64,000 nucleotides of DNA from Pseudomonadota bacterium (GCA_036337155.1 JAYZET010000008.1:116287-180286), one strand, 5' to 3'. Shown: positions 28,750-39,957, counted from the stretch's first letter. Numbers and translations are program-made. Notes: generated from the letters alone by a model not told the origin.

Positions 28750-29598
28750 ATGTCGATGAAACAAAAATCCGTTCTCTGCCTTGCTCCGGGGGGGCTCCAT
28801 CGAATGGCCTATACGGAGTGGGGAGCGCCGAGTGCGCCAAGGACCTTGATTTGTGTGCATGGACTGACGCGCAATGGGCGTGACTTTGATAGTGTTGCTT
28901 TGGCGCTGGAAGACGGATATCGCGTCATCTGTCCTGATATAGTTGGGCGCGGGCGCAGCGATTGGCTGTCGGATGAAATGCATTATCAGAATTCGATTTA
29001 TCTTGCCGATCTCGTGACCCTTGTTGCACGAGTTGGCGTGACGGAAGTGGATTGGCTTGGTACCTCCATGGGAGGAATTCTCGGCATGATGATGGCGTCG
29101 ATGCCGGGCAGCCCTATCAAACGTTTGATAGTAAACGATGTAGGCCCTTTCTTGTCGAAGGCGGCGCTGGAGAGGATCGCGGGCTATACCGGTAATGCGC
29201 CTGAATTTGCTGATATTGGTGGACTCGAAGCCTATCTGCGCGTCGTCCACGCACCCTTTGGTAATCTCACGGACCAGCAGTGGCGTCATATGGCGGAGAC
29301 GAGCGCCCGCCCACTCAACGACGGTAAGGTCGGGCTAGCATACGACCCGGGCATCGGTGAAAACTTCCGCACGGGGCCGCTTGATGACGCTGATATGTGG
29401 CGGTTATGGGACGCCATTCGTTGCCCGACGCTGGTGATCCGTGGAGAGAGCTCGGACTTGCTGCTCAAGGATCAAGCCGAAGAGATGACCCGCCGCGGCC
29501 CGAAAGCGGAGCTCACTGAGATCGCTGGTTGTGGTCATGCCCCGGCGCTAATGGCGCCGGATCAAATCGCGCTGATAAGAGATTGGTTGGCCGCCTGA
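28750..29598 (+). CDS. Alpha/beta hydrolase
   Basis: It has HGLTRNGRDFD, the nucleophile elbow GTSMGG, and a C-terminal GCGHAP His motif. Confidence 0.75.
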   Translation: MSMKQKSVLCLAPGGLHRMAYTEWGAPSAPRTLICVHGLTRNGRDFDSVALALEDGYRVICPDIVGRGRSDWLSDEMHYQNSIYLADLVTLVARVGVTEVDWLGTSMGGILGMMMASMPGSPIKRLIVNDVGPFLSKAALERIAGYTGNAPEFADIGGLEAYLRVVHAPFGNLTDQQWRHMAETSARPLNDGKVGLAYDPGIGENFRTGPLDDADMWRLWDAIRCPTLVIRGESSDLLLKDQAEEMTRRGPKAELTEIAGCGHAPALMAPDQIALIRDWLAA

Positions 29599-29678
29599 CC
29601 TTATTTCCTGGCAATGTGAGGGGGAATTTGTCTTAAGGTTCAGTCAAAATCCCTTCCCCAAAGCAAGAGAAAAGTAGG

Positions 29679-30657
29679 GTGTGTAAAATGGGCAATGGGA
29701 CCGCAGGGATTGCCGTAAAGGTTGACTTCCCAGTTTTTAAGGAACGAGCACCCTGGATTGGCGGAGATTTTCAGACTTTGAGAAACTTCTTTTTAGGACG
29801 GATCGGACCTGGTCTTGGCGCTGTCGGACGGCGGAGGACTTGCGTCCCGACTGACGCCGGGAGAGTCAGGCCGGCCACTCGCTGTGCTGATACACGGTCT
29901 TACTGGTTGTGAAACTGCTACCAACATGTTCGTGGCGGCTCGTCATCTGAATGGGTTGGGGTTTCCCGTCCTCCGGATCAATCTCAGAGGCTCCGATCCC
30001 TCCGCCGCTACAACGGAAGAGCATTATCATGCGGGTCGGTCGGAGGATTTGCGAGACGCTCTTTCGGCGCTCGCGCCCGAAGTAACGGCGCAAGGCCTTC
30101 TCCTGATGGGGTTTTCTCTAGGTGGCAACATGATTTTGAAGTTTCTCGCCGAAGCCAAGCGCGACTTACCCGTTCGCGCCGCTGTTACCGTTTCGACGCC
30201 GATCGATCTTGCCGAATCCGTGAGGAAATTAATGCGCCGACGCAATGCTGTCTACCAAGGTTGGCTTTTGAAACGGATAAAGGCGCAATGGGCGATGACG
30301 CCGCTCGAAGATGCGCAAGCTCAAGCGCTCAAGGAAGCGCGCAGTATCCACGCATTTGATGATAGTGTGGTGGCGCGGTTTAATGGATTCGAGGGTGCAT
30401 GCGATTATTACGCGCGCAACGGCGCCTTGGAATTTCTTTTGGACATTCCCGTGCCAACCCTGCTTATTCACGCTCGGAACGATCCATGGATCGGCTACGA
30501 GCCGTACGACAATTTTGACTGGCGGGCTAACCCGAATCTCGGTCTCTTGATGCCGAACGGTGGAGGCCATGTCGGGTTTCATGGATCCGATGATCTGACG
30601 CCATGGCATTGCCTGTGTGCTGGAAGGTTTTTTGAAAGGGTAGTTGGGGAGCGGTGA
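29679..30657 (+). pseudogene. YheT/ABHD-type alpha/beta hydrolase with apparent +1 frameshift near 29797-29815
   Basis: The N-terminal family segment (FPVFKERAPWIGGDFQTLRNFFLGR) is in frame 0 (ORF 29679-29912). The rest (LALSDGGGL...LIHGLTG...GFSLGGN...GGHVGF) is in frame +1 (ORF 29815-30657). The two frames overlap only at 29797-29815. Confidence 0.55.
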
Positions 30658-30991
30658 CTGCCGTACTGAAAAAGGTACTGGAATTAGGCATTTAATCGAT
30701 CCCGAGCTATCATCGATATGGGTCATATTTTTGTGTAAGATCCCTTCGGGCGTAGCATATGTAATAGCGCCAAGGGCGACGATCGAGCCCAGAAATCCCC
30801 CAAGTTCTTTCGGGCTGCTGGCAAAAGACCGGTTGTTGAACATTGTGGCAGTTCTGGCCGAAGAAGGCAGTCATATCGAATGTCACGCTTCGGACACACA
30901 GACACATCTGCTGCATCATTTTGTTTTTCAAGATGATTGAATGAGCTTTTAGGTCGGATGCGCACCGATAACCGACGGTCGGCGGCGCCTA

Positions 30992-32056
30992 CTACCCGGC
31001 TGTTAGTTTCTTTGCCGCTTCTAGTGCAAAATAAGTTAGTACGCCGTCAGCGCCGGCGCGTTTAAACCCGAGAAGTGATTCGAGTATAACTTTCTCGTCG
31101 AGCCAGCCACGCTCGATCGCGCCCTTAATCATCGCGTATTCACCGGAGACTTGGTAAACGAAGGTAGGCATACCGAACGTGTCCTTTGCGCGCCGCACGA
31201 TGTCAAGATAGGGCATGCCGGGCTTCACCATCACCATGTCGGCACCTTCCTCAATGTCGAGCGCGATCTCGCGCAGCGCTTCGTCGGAATTGGCAGGATC
31301 CATCTGGTAGGTCCGTTTGTCGCCGATTAGTGCCGCCTTGGTGCCGATGGCGTCGCGGAACGGTCCGTAGAAGCCGGAGGCGTATTTGGCCGAGTAGGCC
31401 ATGATGCGAACATCCTGAAAGCCACTCGCATCAAGTACCTGACGTATAGCGACGACCCGTCCGTCCATCATGTCTGAGGGTGAAATAGTATCACAGCCGG
31501 CTTCGGCCTGGTTGAGCGCTTGCTTGGTGAGAATTTCCAACGTCTGGTCATTGAGAATAACTTCACCCTGCATCACACCGTCGTGACCGTGGCTAGTATA
31601 AGGATCGAGCGCTACGTCGCAGATCACCATCATATCGGGGGTTTGCGCTTTAATATTGCGGATCGCGGTGCAGACGAGGTTCTCTGGATTGAGCGCTTCC
31701 CGGCCGTCTGGTGTCTTCTTGTTCGGTTCGGTGAACGGAAAGAGGGCGATCGCTGGAATGCCAAGGTCAAAGGCCTTATTCGCGGCCTCAGCAATCATGT
31801 CGGTTGAATAGCGAACCACGCCGGGCATGGAATCGACGGGAATCTGGAGATTCTCACCGTCGATGACGAAGGCGGTCCAAATCAAATCGTCCACTGACAG
31901 CTTGTTTTCAGCGATGAGACGCCGCACGCCATCATTATTCCGGTTTCGGCGCATGCGCACCGTTGGAAAACGACCGGGCGTCTCGTTGCCAGCGAAGGCG
32001 TCCAGGGACGTCTTTTCACGCCCGAAAGGCGGTGTCACGATCTTTGGATCGGACAT
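30992..32056 (-). CDS. hemB: Porphobilinogen synthase (delta-aminolevulinate dehydratase)
   Basis: RMRRNR, active-site Lys regions and SGEYAM are present. The metal site is the Asp-rich type (DVALDPYTSHGHDG) rather than the Cys-rich zinc type. Confidence 0.9.
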   Translation of the reverse strand: MSDPKIVTPPFGREKTSLDAFAGNETPGRFPTVRMRRNRNNDGVRRLIAENKLSVDDLIWTAFVIDGENLQIPVDSMPGVVRYSTDMIAEAANKAFDLGIPAIALFPFTEPNKKTPDGREALNPENLVCTAIRNIKAQTPDMMVICDVALDPYTSHGHDGVMQGEVILNDQTLEILTKQALNQAEAGCDTISPSDMMDGRVVAIRQVLDASGFQDVRIMAYSAKYASGFYGPFRDAIGTKAALIGDKRTYQMDPANSDEALREIALDIEEGADMVMVKPGMPYLDIVRRAKDTFGMPTFVYQVSGEYAMIKGAIERGWLDEKVILESLLGFKRAGADGVLTYFALEAAKKLTAG

Positions 32057-32505
32057 GTTTAGCTCCTAATGCCACTATCAATAACTTACGCGGGGGGCTG
32101 ATACCGTTCAATGCGGCCGGATGGCGCACCGGCGAGGACATATTTTTCGCCAATTACCCAGTGTTCCTATGAACCACAAGCACTGCTAAGTCCCCCATTA
32201 GCTTTTAGCTTACCCAACCGGCAGTATTAGCTAACTGAAACATGAGCAGATTGTCTTGAAAGGACGTGCTTTAGAGATTGAAGAGCCACAATATAGCAAG
32301 ATTAACTTAAGCTAGGACCGCTATTCGATCACGTTTCATAACACCAAGAAAAACCTGACGAAATCTAAGGTGTAGTGTATTAAAAAGTTCACAGAGGAAT
32401 GCGATGTAGACCCGGGACGCAATTTTCTCCTTTAGGTGGGCTTATAGCCTCATTTGACACGCCCCCAACCCCGCATAATATCCGGCTGAGAAGGGGTGAA
32501 TTGCG

Positions 32506-33645
32506 ATGGATTTCGAGCTCAACGAAGAACAACGTGCTTTCCGGGATTCGGCGCGGACGTTCTCCAAGGAAGTTTTCGCGCCAAATGCGGCGGAATGGGA
32601 CGCCAAATCGGTTTTCCCAGTTGAAGCGTTGCGGCAGGCGGCTGCGCTAGGGTTTGCTGGTATTTATTGCCGCGAGGTCCACGGTGGTTCTGATTTAAAG
32701 CGTCAGGATGCGACGGTTATTTTTGAGGAACTATCGGCCGGATGTACTTCGACTTCTGCGTATATATCTATACATAACATGGCGAGCTGGATGATTGACT
32801 GCTTCGGCGACGACGAGCAGCGCGCCCGTTTCTTGCCAAACTTGATGACCATGGAGCATTTCGCGAGCTATTGCCTGACGGAGCCGGGTTCCGGCTCAGA
32901 TGCTGCTGCACTAAAGACGTCGGCTAAACGCGAGGGCGACCATTACATAATAAACGGATCGAAGTCATTTATCTCAGGCGGCTCGACTAGCGACGTTTAC
33001 GTCACCATGGTGCGGACCGGCGACGACAGTTCAAAGGGCATTTCCTGCATTGCCATCGAGAAAAACTCGCCCGGCCTCTCTTTCGGCAAGCGAGAGCATA
33101 AAATGGGCTGGAATAGCCAACCGACCACAGCGGTGATCTTCGAGGATTGCCGAGTGCCCGTCGCTAACCGCTTGGGCGATGAAGGCGACGGCTTCAAGAT
33201 TGCAATGATGGGGCTTGATGGCGGGCGTATCAACATTGCGTCCTGTTCTATCGGCGCGGCGCGGCAGTGTCTCGAGCTCGCGCGCGATTACATGCAAGAG
33301 CGCAAGCAGTTTGGCCAGCGCCTCGCAGATTTTCAGGTGCTGCAGTTTAAGCTCGCCGACATGGCGACTGAGCTGGAAGCGGCCCGGCTTATGGTGTGGC
33401 GGGCAGCCGCGAGCCTAGACGCTGGAAATCCTGATGCGACAATGTTTGCTTCCATGGCTAAGCGTTTTGCGACCGACGTTGGATTCCAGATCTGCAATGA
33501 CGCCCTGCAACTCCATGGTGGCTACGGCTACATTAAGGAATATCCGATCGAGCGTTATCTCCGTGACGTCCGGGTCCATCAAATTTTGGAAGGTACCAAC
33601 GAGATCATGCGGCTAATCATTTCCAGGAAATTGCTGAATTCATGA
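32506..33645 (+). CDS. Acyl-CoA dehydrogenase (isobutyryl-CoA dehydrogenase-like, by context)
   Basis: ACAD motifs are [29 protein letters not shown] and [15 protein letters not shown]. It is followed by hydroxyisobutyryl-CoA hydrolase and 3-hydroxyisobutyrate dehydrogenase genes. Confidence 0.8.
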   Translation: MDFELNEEQRAFRDSARTFSKEVFAPNAAEWDAKSVFPVEALRQAAALGFAGIYCREVHGGSDLKRQDATVIFEELSAGCTSTSAYISIHNMASWMIDCFGDDEQRARFLPNLMTMEHFASYCLTEPGSGSDAAALKTSAKREGDHYIINGSKSFISGGSTSDVYVTMVRTGDDSSKGISCIAIEKNSPGLSFGKREHKMGWNSQPTTAVIFEDCRVPVANRLGDEGDGFKIAMMGLDGGRINIASCSIGAARQCLELARDYMQERKQFGQRLADFQVLQFKLADMATELEAARLMVWRAAASLDAGNPDATMFASMAKRFATDVGFQICNDALQLHGGYGYIKEYPIERYLRDVRVHQILEGTNEIMRLIISRKLLNS

Positions 33646-34682
33646 ACGAAAATGGGGAAATTTTGTTTGACCTGTGCGACGGTGTCGCCGAGGTCACCCT
33701 AAATCGGCCGGGCGCACTGAACGCGCTGACGCTCGGCATGGTTCGACAATTTGATCTGCTACTAAAGGACTGGACAGCCGATGACAAGGTGCGGGCCGTA
33801 GTCGTACGAGGGGCAGGTGAAAAAGCTTTCTGCGCCGGTGGGGATGTGCAGAAACTCTACAATGGCGGGCCTCGCAGCCCGATTACGCAAGACTTCTTTC
33901 GTGAAGAGTATCGCCTCAATCGGCGGATCCACTTTTTCCCGAAGCCGTATGTCGCAATCATGGATGGGATAACCATGGGTGGCGGTGTTGGACTGTCAGT
34001 GCATGCGGGAACACGCATCGCAGCCGACAACACCATGTTAGCCATGCCTGAGACGGGGATCGGACTTTTTCCCGACGTCGGGGGAAGCTGGTTTCTGCCG
34101 CGGCTGCCTGGCGAGATCGGCATGTATCTGGCGATGACGGGCGCACGCCTGACAGCGGCCGATTGCGTCTATGTGAAGATCTGCGATGCATTTGTTCCAA
34201 GTGACCGCCATGATGATCTGATCGCAGCGTTGCGTGACGGTATGGATATCAGCACCGATCTGAGGGAGTTTGCCTGCGATCCAGGACCTTCGCCCCTTGT
34301 TGCCGTCCGAGAGACAATCGATCGTTGCTTCGCCGGTGATTCGGTTGAGGCTATCGAAACGGCGCTGACGGTTGAGGGAAGTGAATGGGCGCTTGAACAG
34401 CTCTCAATCATGGCTGGCAAGTCGCCAACCAGCCAGAAGATATCCTTCCGTCAGTTGCGCAAAGGTGCCAACCTCGAATTCGACGCCTGCATGGTTATGG
34501 AATACCGTATGTCGCAACGAATTATGGAGGGCGGTGACTTTTTCGAAGGGGTGCGGGCCGTCGTAGTCGAAAAAGACATGTCACCGAAGTGGACACCGGC
34601 CACGTTAGCGGATTTGTCCGAAGAAGATGTGGATCGATATTTTTGTCCATTGGTTGAATCTGATCTGACCTTTTTGGACTGA
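33642..34682 (+). CDS. 3-hydroxyisobutyryl-CoA hydrolase (crotonase superfamily)
   Basis: It has the crotonase fold ([33 protein letters not shown]) plus the extra C-terminal domain typical of HIBCH. An ATGA overlap links it to the upstream ACAD. Confidence 0.75.
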   Translation: MNENGEILFDLCDGVAEVTLNRPGALNALTLGMVRQFDLLLKDWTADDKVRAVVVRGAGEKAFCAGGDVQKLYNGGPRSPITQDFFREEYRLNRRIHFFPKPYVAIMDGITMGGGVGLSVHAGTRIAADNTMLAMPETGIGLFPDVGGSWFLPRLPGEIGMYLAMTGARLTAADCVYVKICDAFVPSDRHDDLIAALRDGMDISTDLREFACDPGPSPLVAVRETIDRCFAGDSVEAIETALTVEGSEWALEQLSIMAGKSPTSQKISFRQLRKGANLEFDACMVMEYRMSQRIMEGGDFFEGVRAVVVEKDMSPKWTPATLADLSEEDVDRYFCPLVESDLTFLD

Positions 34683-34782
34683 ACCCGGTTATCTACCTCT
34701 TTGCTTGGGCACGATAGGGCTTCTAGTATAGGGCAAAGAAATTTTGCCACACCCACGTCACGGGCCATGAAGGAGAAATGAA

Positions 34783-35679
34783 ATGGCAAAAATCGGTTTC
34801 ATCGGGGTCGGGAATATGGGCGGCCCGATGGCGCAAAATTTGATCGAGGCTGGCCACGACCTAAAGGCCTTTGACATCGTTGGCCAGACCTTGAGCCGAG
34901 TAGTGAACGCGGGAGCCGCGCAAGCGTCGAGTCCAGCAGATGCAGCAAGTGGGGTCGATGCCGTGGTCACCATGTTGCCTGCCGGTCAGCATGTTAGCGA
35001 AGTCTATACGAAAAGTGGTGAAGTTCTCGCGAACGCCGATGAGGGAACTCTGGTGATCGATTCCTCGACCATCGATGTAGCCACCTCACGAGCCATGCAC
35101 GAGGCCGCTAAGGAGGCCGGTTATGACATGCTCGATGCGCCGGTTTCTGGCGGTGTTGCGGGTGCCGAATCCGGAACACTGACATTCATGTGCGGTGGCT
35201 CAACCGAAGCCTTTGAGCGGGCAAAACCCATTCTTGAGGCTATGGGCAAGAACATTTTCCTCGCCGGTGGACCGGGTGCAGGTCAGGCAGCGAAGGCCTG
35301 CAACAATATGCTGCTCGCAATTAACATGATCGGGATCAGCGAGGCTTTCAATCTCGCGGATGCGCTGGGACTCGAGCGGAAAACGCTATTTGAGATCGTG
35401 GGTACAGCGTCGGGCGGTAGTTGGGCTTTGTCTAATTACTGTCCAGTGCCGGAACTAGTGCCGACAACGCCAGCAAATAACAATTTCAATCCCGGGTTCA
35501 CCGGCGCGATGATGTTGAAAGACTTGAAGCTTAGTCAAGACGCCGCACAGAGTTTGGATGTGTCTTCACCGCTCGGTGCCATTGCGACCATGTTGTTTAG
35601 CATGTACTGCAACGAAGGACATGATGCGGATGACTTTTCCGGCATAATCCGCATGCTACGTGGCAATATGGTTGGATAG
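34783..35679 (+). CDS. mmsB: 3-hydroxyisobutyrate dehydrogenase
   Basis: It has NAD-binding GFIGVGNMGGPMAQNL, DAPVSGG and the catalytic Lys region AAKACNN. Confidence 0.8.
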   Translation: MAKIGFIGVGNMGGPMAQNLIEAGHDLKAFDIVGQTLSRVVNAGAAQASSPADAASGVDAVVTMLPAGQHVSEVYTKSGEVLANADEGTLVIDSSTIDVATSRAMHEAAKEAGYDMLDAPVSGGVAGAESGTLTFMCGGSTEAFERAKPILEAMGKNIFLAGGPGAGQAAKACNNMLLAINMIGISEAFNLADALGLERKTLFEIVGTASGGSWALSNYCPVPELVPTTPANNNFNPGFTGAMMLKDLKLSQDAAQSLDVSSPLGAIATMLFSMYCNEGHDADDFSGIIRMLRGNMVG

Positions 35680-36163
35680 CCAAGTTCGCACGACTGGGAT
35701 ATATGTTTTAGGATCGACGAATACCACGCATTATCCCAATAATTGAATGTTATCACCGACGGTTTCAGGAAATGGGTCCGAAGTTTTCGACGTGGAAAAG
35801 GCTAGCGACGTCAATTCGCAGCAAAACGTCGTCGTCTATCACGTCGGTGAGGAAAGATTGTACCAATCGCGGTTACTCCCACGACTAAGACCTTTCCTAA
35901 AATACTCTCATGATGGTTGAGGGGGCGCATCTTAATCGTTAGCGGATTTCCCAATTACAAGCGTTCCAAACAAATTCGCCTGTCTAATAACAGTGTGGTT
36001 TGCTCGAGCCGCTAAAGGGCGTGTTTGAGCGTAACCCTATGATAATTGGTTCTGGTTCCGTCTCAAACGACGCGACTGATATTAGCTTCTCTCTCCTCGA
36101 ATAGCTCTTGTGCGGTAACCAAAGCTTTGGAAGTGGGCCACGATGTTCCGGGAGTGAGGTCTT

Positions 36164-37081
36164 TTAGTCATCGGTTCGTCTGAACTGGGAAAGGCGTGGT
36201 AAAGTCAGTGTGCTTGCGAGTGCAATCGTGATCAAAGCGAGCGCTGTCACTTCCTGCCACCCAACATATTCGCCTAACACGATCATGCCAGACACAATTC
36301 CGACCATCGGCGTCGGTAACAGGCTGAGCGTCGCAATGGGTGCTGGTATCAGGTCGAGCAGTCTTAGCCACAGCACGAAACCTATCATGTTGCCAATTAA
36401 CACCGTGTAGGTGACGGCGCCCATACCGTAGAGCGTGAAATTTACATAGGGATCCGTATCAAAGATCTGAGCTAGAATAAGCAACGGCAAACCACCGAGT
36501 AACATTTGCCACCCGGCAAGGACTATCAATGGCGTGCGCCATGTCCTTTTTTGTAGGTTGGCGCCGGTGGCGAAGCATGCTGCTGCGGCGAGCATGGCAA
36601 GCACGCCGAACAGGTTTTCACCAAAAGTTACGAAATCGCGTGCAGAGAGGGTTGCAACGGCTCCCATGCCGCAAGCGAGGCCGAATATGCGGCGGGGTGA
36701 TAGATGGTCGCGGCCGATTGTTAGGGCGATCAGAAACGCAAAAAGCGGATGGGTATAGGCGAGGATCGTTGCGCGGCCCGCGCTTAGCATGTTGAGGCCG
36801 AGACCCGAAAAGTAGAACCATCCGGTTACGTTGAAGAGAGCACATAAGAAGGCTATGCCTATTTCTTCGCGGAAGAGAACCAGCCGGTGCCTCATTAACG
36901 CAGCGATTGCTAGAACACCAATTCCACTAAATATTGCGGTCACCCAACGAAAGGTGAGGACTGGTAGTTCGATGACCCCGTATTTCATAATCGGCCAGCC
37001 CGATCCGAAGGCGAGAGTGATTAGAACAAGCAATAGTATGGCTTTCGACGGAATGCTTGAATTTTGTAGTTTAATACTCAC
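36164..37081 (-). CDS. EamA/DMT family transporter
   Basis: It is 305 aa with about 10 TM segments arranged as two EamA-like repeats. Confidence 0.72.
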   Translation of the reverse strand: MSIKLQNSSIPSKAILLLVLITLAFGSGWPIMKYGVIELPVLTFRWVTAIFSGIGVLAIAALMRHRLVLFREEIGIAFLCALFNVTGWFYFSGLGLNMLSAGRATILAYTHPLFAFLIALTIGRDHLSPRRIFGLACGMGAVATLSARDFVTFGENLFGVLAMLAAAACFATGANLQKRTWRTPLIVLAGWQMLLGGLPLLILAQIFDTDPYVNFTLYGMGAVTYTVLIGNMIGFVLWLRLLDLIPAPIATLSLLPTPMVGIVSGMIVLGEYVGWQEVTALALITIALASTLTLPRLSQFRRTDD

Positions 37082-37495
37082 GTACGCCAGGCTCCCGATA
37101 GCGCGCGCAATATAGTGGAGGAATGCCCGACGGCAATATTTCCCGCACTTTCGCTAAACCTTGTCATTCGTGATGCCCGGCATCTTAAAGACGATATGGT
37201 AACTTCTTGCAGCTACCAAAGTTTTTAAAGAAATTATTGTCGCCGGTTAACTTCTTGAAACTTTGATAGAACGGATTCACCCCTTGGCATGGCGTCTCGA
37301 GGATTCAGCAATTTTCTCCCCGCGGTACCTGTGTGGATTACTAATTATCTGTTGATAATGTAACACCGCCATCGTTTCCTTCGCCTTTATGGAGGTGTAT
37401 TTTGGATGAGGGCAACGTCTAGCTTGAAATACGCTCTAGCGTGCCAAGGTGTCATGCGATAGCGGAGTTGCTCAGGTACGCTGAAACAAACGGAT

Positions 37496-38419
37496 GTGGA
37501 AATGAATTTTGGAGCAATTGGTAACCTCACACATCGTTTGATGCTCGCGCGGACGCTTCCGCCGCGCTTGGTTCTGGCAAAGATTGCTAAACGTTTGCCT
37601 TGGACAGATCGCAAAACGGTGCGGGTCGCGGAAATTGTGAATTCACCGAGAGACTTGCAACCGGATCGCCTGATTAGATACTTCCTTGACCAGGAGGCAC
37701 TTTTGCGTGAGCGGAATGGACGCGACCCCATTGAATTCGCGGGGAAAAAGGTCATTGAAGTCGGGCCTGGGCCGCTCGCTGGATATGGACCGATGGCGAT
37801 CTTTAGGGGGGCCGAGCGGGTTTACAGCATCGACCCTGATTGGATTGATGGGGTATTTGCCGACGCAGCCGTAAAGGACGCTTATTTGCGTCCCCATCAT
37901 GCGGCGCTCTCCGAAGCGTTTGGGAGCCTGATGAGTCTTGAGGAATTTTGTACGCGGCTCTCTAAACGGCTGACTGTGGTGGCGGTGGGAATCGAGGCTG
38001 CGAAACCTCGGTTTAAGGCTGACGTAGTCATATCGAATTCCTGTCTGGAGCATATCGATGGTTTAGAGACCGCCCTCACTGTACTTGCGGATTTGACTGC
38101 GACACAGGCGCGGTTCATGCACTTGGTGAACTTCGGCAATCACAGAAATCGTGCGTCACCGTTCGAAACAATTTATGAAATGCAACCTGTCGAATACTGC
38201 CGGCTATACGGCGCACACATTAATTTGTTGCGGCCTTCGGATGTTGGAAGATGTTTTGAAGCAGCCGGAATTCAAGCAGAAATGACTACTGTGGATAGAT
38301 CGACAAAATCTGTCGAGGAGCTTGAATTGAATTCGTACTGGCGGGAACGCTATACGTTTAATGAACTTGCAATTCGCACGGCACTCTTCTGCGAGCCACA
38401 ACGTTGCGGTGTGGAATGA
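37496..38419 (+). CDS. Putative class I SAM-dependent methyltransferase
   Basis: Motif I-like KKVIEVGPGPLAGYG and a post-II/III-like DVVISNSCLEHI are present. Otherwise unrecognised. The start is a non-ATG codon and uncertain. Confidence 0.45.
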   Translation: MEMNFGAIGNLTHRLMLARTLPPRLVLAKIAKRLPWTDRKTVRVAEIVNSPRDLQPDRLIRYFLDQEALLRERNGRDPIEFAGKKVIEVGPGPLAGYGPMAIFRGAERVYSIDPDWIDGVFADAAVKDAYLRPHHAALSEAFGSLMSLEEFCTRLSKRLTVVAVGIEAAKPRFKADVVISNSCLEHIDGLETALTVLADLTATQARFMHLVNFGNHRNRASPFETIYEMQPVEYCRLYGAHINLLRPSDVGRCFEAAGIQAEMTTVDRSTKSVEELELNSYWRERYTFNELAIRTALFCEPQRCGVE

Positions 38420-38607
38420 AAAAACAACAAGTACGTGCCGTGTTGTTCGAATTCATCCATATTGGCGCCTATGTAAAAGTAACCGCGGTCGATGAAACGA
38501 CGGGAATAGAAGTTTCAATCGTAGGCGACCCGGCTCGAAGTGAGGATTACCTCAAGCGTATCGCGATGCAGAAGCTTGAGCGGGTAATAGCGAAAAAACA
38601 CGCATAG
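38416..38607 (+). CDS. Small hypothetical protein (63 aa)
   Basis: The ORF overlaps the 3' end of the upstream gene by 4-16 nt. The sequence KKQQVRAVLFEFIHIGAYVKVTAVDETTGIEVSIVGDP... resembles small conserved alphaproteobacterial proteins I cannot name. Confidence 0.4.
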   Translation: MKKQQVRAVLFEFIHIGAYVKVTAVDETTGIEVSIVGDPARSEDYLKRIAMQKLERVIAKKHA

Positions 38608-38682
38608 GATAAGAAAAAGATTTGAATTTAAAGCTCAAAATGTTGCCAGTCATGGGAACTAGCGTCTTTTGTAAAAATTCTG

Positions 38683-39138
38683 CTAGGGGATTGCTTGCGC
38701 GACGTCAGATCTTCCTAGGCCGATCTTTTTTGCGAAAGTGGAACGTTTTTTCGAATAATTTGGTGCAACCATTGGGTAGTCCGGCGGTAAACCCCATTTT
38801 ATGCGATACTCGTCCGGCGTCAATCCATAAGCTGTGCGTAGATGGCGCTTCAGCATCTTCAGCTTTTTTCCATCCTCCAGACAAATGATATAATCAGGGG
38901 TGATAGATCGGCGGACCGAGACGGCAGCTCTCTGCGCTTGCACATTCAAAGATGCAACCGAACTGCCGTTAACTCGGTTCAGTGTGCCATAAACCGTGTT
39001 TATCACCTCCGGTAGTTGGGTCGCCGGAAGCGTGTTGTTTCCTACATAGGCCGCGACGACTTCTGCCGTCATCCGAAGTATGTCCCCTCGTTCAGCTTTC
39101 TGCTGTATGGATTCCTGGCTCATTTTAGTGTTACCCAA
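38683..39138 (-). CDS. mucR: MucR/Ros family zinc-finger transcriptional regulator
   Basis: It has ITPDYIICLEDGKKLKMLKRHLRTAYGLTPDEYRIKWGLPPDYPMVAPNYS, the Ros/MucR C2H2-like DNA-binding domain. Confidence 0.85.
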   Translation of the reverse strand: MGNTKMSQESIQQKAERGDILRMTAEVVAAYVGNNTLPATQLPEVINTVYGTLNRVNGSSVASLNVQAQRAAVSVRRSITPDYIICLEDGKKLKMLKRHLRTAYGLTPDEYRIKWGLPPDYPMVAPNYSKKRSTFAKKIGLGRSDVAQAIP

Positions 39139-39487
39139 GTGTTAAATTTAGTTTTTCAATTATTCATATGCATGGTTTATGTTATGAGTCAACTTTATTT
39201 GATAAATTGCCTAGTAATAAATTCACGTTAGATTCTATATTTTATAATAATTAATTTATTTTCATGGTGAATTCATCATACTAGATATGCGAATATTTAA
39301 CTTTATGCCCCCTATATCCTGTATTGATAAGAGTTTGGGCTCGCAACGGTGACAATTGTTAAGAAATTCGAAACTCCTGCGAGACTTAGTGGTAGTCTGG
39401 TCAGCAACATCGATATATGGTATCTGATTTCCTGTAGAGTGAGTTTCATCTACTGCCTTGTAATTATTTTTGAAGAGGTGTCGGAAT

Positions 39488-39922
39488 ATGGCGGCTGAGG
39501 TAATCGCCATTGCGTCCGACCATACAGGCGTCGAATTGAAAGACGTTCTGAAGGACGACATCTCGGCCGCGGGTCTGGAAGTGCTTGATGTTGGGACGGA
39601 CGGTCCAGAATCTGTTGATTATCCTGATTTTGCTGATGCGTTGACAACAGCAATAGGTTCGGGCCAGGCGGGACGCGGTATTCTCGTATGCGGCACCGGT
39701 ATTGGGATGTCGATCGCCGCCAATCGCAAACCATTCATAAGGGCCGCGTTATGTCATGGGACAACCGACGCGCGCTTAGCGCGCGAGCACAATGACGCGA
39801 ATGTTTTGGTTGTTGGGACACGTACTATGGGTATGGAGACGGCACGCGATTGCCTTAAGACATTCTTGGAGACATCTTTCGAAGGCGGCCGTCATCAGCG
39901 TCGCGTTGAAAAAATGTCATAA
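39488..39922 (+). CDS. rpiB: Ribose-5-phosphate isomerase B
   Basis: IAIASDHTGVELK and GILVCGTGIGMSIAANR are LacAB/RpiB motifs. Confidence 0.85.
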   Translation: MAAEVIAIASDHTGVELKDVLKDDISAAGLEVLDVGTDGPESVDYPDFADALTTAIGSGQAGRGILVCGTGIGMSIAANRKPFIRAALCHGTTDARLAREHNDANVLVVGTRTMGMETARDCLKTFLETSFEGGRHQRRVEKMS

Positions 39923-39957
39923 CCTTGTGAATAAGGAATCGGATCCGAAGGAGAATA

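Noticed and set aside
30229-30843. A 204-aa minus-strand ORF, and a 98-aa plus-strand ORF at 30644-30940, in and around the hydrolase/hemB spacer.
   Set aside because: The minus ORF overlaps about 430 bp of the well-supported hydrolase gene on the opposite strand. Neither ORF has recognisable motifs or a convincing SD.
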